From the NCBI GenBank assembly GCA_964016885.1, contig OZ024743.1, forward strand, positions 300,142,001 to 300,206,000: a DNA stretch of 64,000 nt. Direction: 5' to 3'. Under the pieces are notes generated by a model. That model made no database searches, had not been told where the DNA came from, and was given only the letters and a program-made list of their open reading frames with translations. The position numbers and the translations under genes were made by a program. This document shows, one piece after another, positions 54,153 to 64,000 of the stretch (within the stretch, counting starts at the first letter, position 1; every line of letters begins with the position of its first letter). Source of the DNA: Eledone cirrhosa. Lineage: Eukaryota.

Positions 54153-56164
54153 TTTCCACTGGGATGTCATATGTGTATATATATGCATTTTTATATTAGA
54201 GGAATTATATTTCTGAGAGAATCTATTTCTTAGCTAGCTGTATAAAATATATTTTTTTGGTTATAAGCCATAATATTATTTTCTCCTTGAATGGTATGTA
54301 CTGCCTCAGGCATTTTTACTTGAGAAAGAATTGTCTTCATATAATAAATATTATTTTCCATTTTTCTTTCGTTTCCTCATCTCTCCAAAGAAATATTTAA
54401 TTCCTGTAACTCGTTGTAGGATTTATTACCATTTCATAGCATATTAAAATGGAAAATATTATTGCAATATTTATTTACGACATAAAGACATACACTTATT
54501 TATAGCTATTTGAAATATCTAAAAAAAAAAATGTAATCGCTTTACTTTCATTTTTAGATGATTATATTGAACGCATATGTTCACGTGATACACCGACATC
54601 AATTCAGTCATGAAATCATATTCAGTTTAAATTAGTAACTGCAGCTTTCTTGTGTGCAATTAGCTGTTGCTATCGACTTGTATCAAAATGACTGGTACCC
54701 GTGCGTTTCATTTCACGTGATAAAAATAATTTTACAAAATGGCATCAAAGAAAAAAGGCTAGCCAATCCGTTGTTACAAATACCTTATTTTTAATTTTAT
54801 TTTAAATGTATTTCTTAAAAGAAGAGTAATAAGGAATATTAATTCTGCAGACATTGTATAAAATATATCAAACCAGTTCTATCTGTACATTTTCAATACA
54901 TACGCCTCATACATAAACTCTATTCCTATATGATTAATGTGTGCTGTGTTGCTATACGTCAATGATTCCGACCAAAGACGTAACATAGAAGGTGGATTTC
55001 TGAAGATGAAATTCAATATTTCATAACCTAGAGAGAATATTATAAACACTTTAACTGATTTGTATACTATTAACTGTTTTAATACAGACTTACAACAATT
55101 ACGTTGTTATAGAGCAGTTACTGCATAGAGAGTAAAATAGTTTTCAATTACTGTGAATTTGTAGCCTTTTTTGTTTTTCTTACTCTGTCTTTTCAGATCG
55201 AGCAGAATTAATTCTTATTATATAAGAAAGTAATTATATCTTGCTGTATTATAGAAAATATACAGCAAAATTATAAATAAGATGGTATCACCCTTGATAA
55301 AAATCACTATGTATATTGACTTATTTTTTTCTAATAGTCGTTCATAAATCTGTTAAGTTTTTGAACTGAATCTAAATCACAACATATGTAAAGCGTTTAT
55401 AAAAGCCCCACGCTTCCAAAATGATATATATCTGATATTATTATCGTAGGCTAGTTTGGATTTCAACATAAATATTATGTTGCATTACGTGAATAGCAAT
55501 TTTCTTCCCATAGATAAAGATCATAGGGAAAATATGGTAAAAACATCATAGACAAATATTCAAGCAATTTTTTTACAGAAAATACTGGTTTAACGGCATA
55601 TTTTCATTGACAAATTTGGTTTCATATTGCAGCTAATAACATAACTATTTCTGAATTATTTGAAACGAACATATATACTCTGATATATTTGTTTCATAAA
55701 ATTACACTTAGTTTGCAGAATCTATATAACCTGTAGTTATACAGTGCAAATATATAGCAACGAATGATAGCTAAATTATATGCAATATTTAGCAACATAC
55801 CCTCACACGTGTTTGTCCCTGTTATCTTATGTCTGTCTGTCTGTCTGTCTGGGATAGCTTCCGTTTCTTGTCTCACTATCTATATAAGAATATCTGCACA
55901 CATTCTCATAGAAACGCAAAACACACACACATACGCACACACACACACATATACATATGTATATATTTATATACATACATATATGCATACACACACACAG
56001 ACACACACCGAATAAGTATAATATATTCATTCTTAACATTAGGATGCGGTCTCGTAACCAGAAGATTATCGTCTCAATGAGTCAATGGGTCATTGTCATA
56101 GCCGGAGTTCGCTGAAATCCCCTCGCTGAATTTCGTAAAGTGTATATATATATATATGAGCAGC

Positions 56165-56960
56165 TTACACATGTTTTTCGTTTCCGTTATGCGATCTAGC
56201 TTTAGCTAGGATCTCCCAACGTAATCTATATTGGGTGTATTTTTAGTTTAGCAGCCAGAATGGGTGTACATATACAGACACTGTTTGAATCTATTGGAAG
56301 TTAACCCGATGTAAGCCCCGCTAGATGTTACTGTCTCACCTTACATTTGTAGACAATATTACTGGATAGGCATTTCCCGGATAGAGGGCAGTCGTCCCGA
56401 TTCTTACAATTACAGTTAGGATTAGATGGTGGAGTGTTTGTGTTACTACGGTTTGGTAATTTGGCAGTGATGTTATGTGCAAAGTTTTGAGTTGTTGAGC
56501 AAGATATTTTAACAGTGTTTCTATTAAATAATGTATTATATATTTGTGCTAAGGGGAAATGCTTCTTTATTAAATAGAGAAATATCTTTGCTATTGGTGT
56601 GGCCACCTCCATATATATGGTGGGTTACAACATATAATACGTCGGATCTATTTTTTCTAGGTTTATGCTCGTACTTAGTATATTCTACTTTATCACCAAA
56701 TCCACTCCGAGCTAGAGCATCATTATAATATGTGGAATATATATCGAAGTAGATATACTCTTTTGCCGATAGACGAGAGAGCCTCAAGTTCATGGTTATG
56801 CTGGCTGGATGGTGAGAATGTATACTAATGTAATTTAGCGTATCATTAGACTTTCTATATGCGTAGTGCAAGCCATTCAACAAGTTGTGTGTTACATAGA
56901 GGAAGTTTACGACTGAAAGGTCGGCCTCAAATGGAATGGAGAGGTTGACGTCTTTATAAA
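56165..56960 (-). pseudogene. Decayed PLE family B RT/GIY-YIG fragment
   Basis: ORFs 56536..56883 and 56328..56612 match the 7194..8390 protein (YRKSNDTLNYIS, MEVATPIAKIF, CNCKNRDDCPLSGKC). Confidence 0.9.
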
Positions 56961-56982
56961 ACTTTCCTGTAATACAGCTCTA

Positions 56983-57170
56983 AATAATTGTTTCTACTTT
57001 AGGCACAAGGCCAGCAATTATCCCAGTGTATTACTGGTACTTTATTTTATCGATCCCGTAAGGATGAAAGGCAAAGTTAACCTCGGCGGGATATGAACTC
57101 AGACCATAAAGGGCTGTAACACTTTGATGCAAAGCATGGCGTCCAACCCTCTACCGATACTGCCAATACA
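56983..57170 (-). mobile_element. Nin/Deu-domain SINE copy
   Basis: Reverse complement of the 19922 copy. Confidence 0.85.
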
Positions 57171-57271
57171 GCCCTAAATAATGTCCACAGAATAACTTGC
57201 GTTTGTTATCATTGTTAAAACCATAATATTTAATATATATATATATATATAAATAGAGAAAGAGAGAGAGA

Positions 57272-57378
<107 letters not shown>

Positions 57379-57558
57379 AGATATTCTGTGGGACTGAGGC
57401 GGATGACAACCGCTAATCACATGAGTACTCGATTTTATATATCTATATATCTATCTAATTCTCTCTCTCTCGCTGCCGTTCTCTTTCTCACTCACACACA
57501 CACTCTATGTTACTCTCTCATTTCCCCCGCACTCGCGCGCTTCCTTTATCTCTCTGTC

Positions 57559-57608
<50 letters not shown>

Positions 57609-58390
57609 TGTATATATATATATATATATATACCATAAATCAGCTGAACTATGCTTTATATATATATATATATATATATAAAGCATAGTTCAGCTGATCT
57701 ATGGTATAAAATGATCGAAATATTTTATTTAAATTCACTCTTATAATGTTGCTACTCCCTTTTAGATAACTGATTTAATTAAAATCCGATTGATATGTTA
57801 AATGTATTTGAAAATCCTGTAAGATGTTTCTGGGTTCATATGTGTTCTCATTAATATCAATTTAACTTTATGCTGTAATAATTATAGCTATACTTAAGTT
57901 CCACTTTTAGCTCTATTGTCTCTTCAGTGGAGACATTATTTACAACATATGGACAGTCATTTAATGAATATTACCATATCTATATTACATACCAGCACAT
58001 AATACCATATATCTGCTATAGTGCACTTATACTACACGTGTACAAATCCTTTGTTATTTCAAATTTACATCTTTAAGTTATTTCTCTTTATTATAATACG
58101 TTTGTCGCAAACTAGCGTTTTAGCACACTGTACATTGAACTTGAACGGTATCTTCATATTCGTCTAAGTGCCTGAATATTAGGTAACAATTTTGATACCT
58201 CCTATAATCTGGAGATAAAGACATTATTGGGCCTTGAAATCTTAGATAGCGCTTTTGTTCCGTTTATCAACTTAAATAAATAATATAATATCAGCTCTCA
58301 CCTTTGATTGAGAAGTGTTTTCTTTTCTCATTTTACACACCTACATATATTTGTTCCACACACACACATATATATAATGTCTCCCTCTCT

Positions 58391-58454
<64 letters not shown>

Positions 58455-58509
58455 ATATATATATATAAGGTTTATCATTTGTCGACTTTCATACATATGC
58501 TATATTAAT

Positions 58510-60120
58510 TTGTCATGTGTCACCGTATATAACCTCGCAATTTGGACATTTCCATGCAATAAATCAGATTTCTGCTTTCTCATTTCCTATTTTCATGTGC
58601 TTCTATTTCCTCCGGGCTTTGCGTGCTGATAATGATCAAAATGTACAAACTGACATCTACCATAACATAACAATTGTCATTATAGATAGATTCTTTGAAG
58701 CTTATATAGTTGTTCTTCAGATCATACTTTGACGCCGGTAACAATCATTTAAATACGTTGGTTGTCACTTGCTTTGAATAAGCTTTCAATCACTAATTAG
58801 ATCCTTTAGTATATTACTTTAACTCTTTGTGCGAATGGTCTTGGAAATATTTTAATTGTAAACATTGCTTGTCATTACAAAATGTACTATATCTTAGTCT
58901 TGTGATTCTTTTGTTTTCGAACCTTGTGTAAAAGAAGGGAAGAATGTTATTTGTCGTGGTAAATTCCTTTAATACTTGGAAAACTTTCTTCTTTGGTACT
59001 TACAATAACAGTAGTGCCAATCATTCTTGCTAAACAGTATAGGGCATTACGTTAGATGATCAATGAATGCCACAATCTCAAATTCAAGTATCGATGTGAG
59101 TCTGTGTTTTTATAATATATATCTATTGCGATATCTGTGCACTGTGTAATGAAATATGTCCAGAAATGCTAATTTTGAGAAATTGCTCACCTTTGTAAAT
59201 TTTAGGGTTTGCTATAGATTATTCAGGCGGAAGATTAATTCATCTCAAGCATCTACATGGACATTTTTGTTTTATTCATCACAATATCTTCTAGAACGGA
59301 TTATATTGTTTTCTTCTATCTTTTTTATATTGTGGTATAGACATTCTTCTCAATATCATATTATTATGTTTGCACATTTTGAAGCAAACTATGTTGCCAT
59401 GTCTATACCTCTCTGATTTGTATGGAGTATTTTCCATTGAAATTTATTATTCTCAAAAATGAGTATGAAAACATGCAGTCAATGGCAAATCTGGTGGAAA
59501 TAACCTTTCTATGTTTATTCATCTAAAGTTTCACAAATGCCATATGTGAACTAATGGCATAGTGGTTTACATCATCGAAACCAACTAACACATAATTTGG
59601 TTCTGTTGGTTTGGGTGGATGTGAAAACTAAAATCGATCTGATGACATTCAAAACAATGTCTGTAAGTACAGGAGGGTTTCAAAATTGGTATAGTGGCTT
59701 AACACATCAAAGGCAACTAACACAGAATTTGGTTATGTTGGTTTTGGTTGATTTGAAAAAAAGATCGATGTTATCACTTATGAAACAAGCAATGTGAGTG
59801 CAGAATTGTTTCAAAAGTTGTATAGTTGCTTACCACATCAAAACAAAATGAAACAGAATTTGATTTTGATGGTTTTGGTAGATGTAAAACAAAATAGATC
59901 TTATCTTATCCTGTATACAAGTAAGTACAGACTTTCCGAAATGTTTAAATCTTAGTTACATGATTACCAGTATATACTGGTCCAGATAGGATAAGTCAGA
60001 GCTTTACATCTCTTGGTTTTAGTCATTCTACCAATTCATTATATTGTTCTTGCACCGAGTTTTGGATTGTTTTTATTTCTGTGCTTTTATTAGGTCATAG
60101 ATGTTGTTCTCATTCTATTA
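58510..60120 (-). pseudogene. Old decayed PLE (Neptune-like) RT to GIY-YIG
   Basis: Minus strand: LVAFDVLSHYTN; GKYSIQIR..DMAT.FASKCANI; RRYCD; LKFTK..LAFLD; TDSHRYL; NLIYCM..CPNC. Confidence 0.65.
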
Positions 60121-60801
60121 TACATATTTAAGCTGATAGAACTCAATATAGCGCGAAGGTGAATCCGGTTTAGTTTGCCGTTTGAAACAATGTTAAACGT
60201 TCGGTTAGATCAAGCATTGTCGTTATCTTTTTCAAACAGATTTTCTCTAATAACCGATTTTTTCACTTACTTTTTAATTTGTGTTCGATTTGAGATATGA
60301 AGGTGAATCCTTATGGAGAGGCAGAATGAATAGAATTTCGACTAACACATTTCAGAACCAGTGGCCAATCGGTTGCCGGCATTCTGATGACGCGCTAGGG
60401 ATTTCAGTTACTAATGTACTACTGCGTCGCATGCCGCATTCACTGCCATAGGCGGCACGGACTGGTATCGAATTATGTCGATAGATTGGTTATTGATTAG
60501 GTGAGACCCGCTGATAAAGCCTCATAGACTGATTGTGCATTATTTCATAATAAATGCAGAGAGTAGATAGTGTAAGCTCTCTTGCTGCATTACGTGCGGC
60601 TAAAACTTGAGTACGTGTATAGATTTATGTGTGTTGTATTGAAGCAATTAACTTTGTGTCTACTCTGGGATTTAACATGACCGTACCTATTGAGCACGCT
60701 GAGATGCAACAGAGAAACTTACGCTAGTTCCGTCAATTTCCTATTACATACACACACACACATACGCACACACACGCGCACGCGCACGCATACACACACA
60801 A

Positions 60802-60881
<80 letters not shown>

Positions 60882-61887
60882 GTTTGTACATGTACGTATG
60901 CATATATGCTGTAGAAATACCTATTCCGAAACCTGTAAGTAGTTGATCATTCATCAGCCCCCATATATGCTTGCATTGATTCTGAGGAAATTTCATCGTG
61001 TAACCAAGAACTTCGAGGTTTTTCCTTCAGTTAAAATGTATTTTGCCACGTGAATGTTTTTCGGGCCGTTTTAAATTTGGTGGAGTAACTGCTATATTCT
61101 GTCAGGTACGCAGTTGGTGTTTTCTAGAAAGGAAGTTTTCAGACGATGCTTGCAACTCATGAACCATGTTCCATCAATCTGGAAAGCTACATCTCAAAAT
61201 GTCCACCCATCTGACGTTCTAAATACTCCTTGACCCTACTTTCTATCATTCATATACAAACAAAAATTATTTTAACATATGTCCAAGCACATACACAGTA
61301 AATACCCCGCAACACGAAGACAATTATACATCAAGTTATTTGGTTTTTAATTTTTACAAAAAGGTTTTAATACCTGATTGAAGATTTTAAAAAATAAATG
61401 ACACACACGGTTACACACAGACATTTATATTCTGAACTATCTACACAACCTGGCTACGAATATAAAAAAATGTTCTTTTCAAAATGACTCTGGGAATTAT
61501 CTCGCTTGTCAATTTAACGTGTTACTATATATACACACGTTATTCGTAATGTAAAGGTTTCTTTTAATTATATGCTCAGTTTTAATTTGGGAACATATAC
61601 ATACACATCTATTCATATCTAACTGGATGAACCCCCTATTTTGGGGGGACACATGGTTGTGCAACATTTATAATTTTCTGAATTCTCTATACAGTGGAAG
61701 TCATAACTGGACAGGAAAAGCTAAAGTCGCATATACATGATAATTGTGTGAACATAATAAAAACATAAATATGTGTGTGTGTTTGTGTGAATGTGTGTAT
61801 GTGCGTGCAGAGAGTGAGAACACACTAGAGACAGGGAGAAACTGGCACATTAAATTCAGATATAGTCTGCGTAGTTATAATAATATC

Positions 61888-61950
<63 letters not shown>

Positions 61951-62825
61951 AGTCTGAATTAGCACTCGGAATGAGGTGTGTTTACCTGTATGTGTGTGAG
62001 ACTTTCCGTATGAATGCTGCACAATTCATATATGAATATGCCAACTATGAATCTTGCATTGAATTATGTAATACCCAAGAGTATACTGAAAACACAGACA
62101 CACATGTAAAACAGAGATACAACTACACAAATGTAAACTTATACAGGCGCCCACTAACACAAAATTATGCGTAAACACATATTTACAAAAAATCGTATGC
62201 GCACACTATTGTAATAACTATATAGTATATAGTGAAAGTAGTGTGGAAAAGGTTATGCTTCTAATACAAGCATCCAATATATACTGAAACATAGACCATC
62301 ACGTATAATGCGCAACAATCTGAAACATCACCCCTCGGTAATAAGAGGTCATTTACATACGAATTTGATATCTTATTTCATAGTGAAGTCAGAGGTCTAT
62401 CTCAAATTATTATTATAGATACTTCTCATATGCTACCATTGAATATTAACTGCGCGGACAACGATTATACTTGACCATTATGTTATAAAACTCCATTGGA
62501 ATCTGTGCTTTTCTATATATTATTGTGAACATGGCTATTAACTGTTTGTCGCTGACGCACACGTAATTTCTTAGAGATAAGCACAATTATATACATGTAT
62601 ATATATCACGTTTAATATAGAAATGGTTTCTACAAAACAAGAAATGTTTCATTCAAAAGAAATGATGAGGTTTATTGCTGATGATTTCTTTTGAATGAAA
62701 CAGTTCTAGTGCTGTAGAACCCATTTCAATATTAAAATTAATGTTTACAATCTACTAATGTATTGAGTATATTAGTTAGTGTGGTTACCCCCAATTGAAC
62801 CTGGGACTCTCTCACACACACATAC

Positions 62826-62859
<34 letters not shown>

Positions 62860-62866
<7 letters not shown>

Positions 62867-63205
62867 AAAAAGTATGACCCCGACGGCAGAGCTTAAGCCG
62901 TTTCGAATGCTATTTCTGGACTCTACTACCCTAAGTATTGAATACTCTGGTGCGTTATGGTCCATCTGGTTCCTTACCACATTTCCTTTGTTATATATAT
63001 AACAAAGGAAATGTGGTAAATAGGAAAATGTTTAATCCCGACGGCAGAGCTCAAGCCATTTCGACGTCCAGAAATAGCCGTCGAAACGGCTTGAGCTCTG
63101 CCGTCGGGGTTAAACATTTTCCTATTATCCACTCTACTACCCTAAGTATTGAGTACTGTTGTGCGTTATGGTCCATTTAGTTCCTTACCACACTTCCTTT
63201 GTTTT
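62860..63205. mobile_element. Scrambled, partly inverted pLTR tails of PLE family C (HHR 3' half only)
   Basis: Matches 42360-42495 in both orientations; another short piece at 48958-49033. Confidence 0.85.
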
Positions 63206-63214
63206 ACATACATA

Positions 63215-63730
63215 TAACCTGTCGCAAGGTCGGGTCGTCGGCGACTAAACCGGCAACCACACGAAGTTTACTTGGTGGGGAGGGTGATTTTGGACACCCA
63301 GCAGGACAAAAAACAAAATCTGACAAAAGGCGGAAGAACTCATAAAGTCAACGCTCATCCAAAACTGTGTAAATATGTATATACATATGTACATATGTAT
63401 GTATATGTATATGGCTATATGCATGGATGCATGTGTATGTATATGCGCGGGGAAATAGAAATAGTCGGGTTGGACAGCCGATCCCGCGGTTAAACCACTG
63501 GGAGTGAAAGACCCCTAGCCTTTGTCAGGGCATTCTTCTAGGACAAGGCAACTCAGGAAACTGGGATAACTCCGGTATAAAACCTGCGGCTCAGTAGTTA
63601 CCGATGGTATTGATCATTTCTTCTTTTCGGGTTATAGCTACTGTCGCTCAGAGAGTGGGATTGGCTCAGTGCACAGTCTTTCCTCACTTTAAAAAATATC
63701 TTCATGCACAGGCATTACACGATAGAATTA
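63215..63730 (+). mobile_element. Possible LINE (RTE-like) 5' UTR fragment
   Basis: GC-rich non-coding segment, recognised only by general resemblance. Confidence 0.3.
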
Positions 63731-63791
63731 ATAATTATTAATAATGGTATATTGTGCAATGGCCATACTCAATAACGAGGGGGACAGCCAT

Positions 63792-63825
<34 letters not shown>

Positions 63826-63826
63826 A

Positions 63827-64000
63827 GGGCGCATGCCTTAGAGGTTAGAGCATTAGGCTCGCAACCATAAGGTTGCGATTACGATTCAGGATCAGGGTGT
63901 TGCGTTGTGTCCTTGAGCAAGACACTTTATCCCACGTTTCTCAGTTGGAGAAAAGAGTTGCAACATCACTGGTGACAAGTTGTATCGGCCATTGCCTTTA
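63827..64000 (+). mobile_element. tRNA-derived SINE with Meta-like core, running off the window
   Basis: A-box-like head and gttgtgtccttgagcaagacactttat core. Confidence 0.7.

Noticed and set aside
54580-54722. Two TTCACGTGATA E-box-like sites
   Set aside because: Short motifs with no gene context; chance cannot be excluded
60384-60390. CTGATGA as a hammerhead core (also at 59638)
   Set aside because: No properly placed GAAA or stems I and III

Overview
AT-rich eukaryotic intergenic or intronic DNA. A cephalopod, Octopus-like origin is inferred from the recurring Nin/Deu-domain SINE and long (TA)n/(CA)n tracts. No host protein-coding gene can be supported; most long ORFs are microsatellite artefacts or transposon fragments. 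The window is a transposon graveyard: Tx1/L1-type LINEs, RTE and R4-like LINE remnants, several Penelope-like element (PLE) families, a Gypsy pol remnant, a non-coding LTR element with a tRNA-Trp-like PBS, two mariners, a hAT remnant, a mini-Helitron and SINEs. The main signal, invisible in the ORF track, is a dense set of type-I hammerhead ribozyme (HHR) motifs from about 10-12 apparently unrelated sequence families. They sit in short fold-back or tandem, mostly non-coding elements anchored in (TA)n. Two PLE-linked families carry non-canonical catalytic cores repeated across copies (U3-A8 'UUGAAAA' and U4A 'CAGAAGA'). All calls were made by eye; coordinates of decayed elements are approximate.
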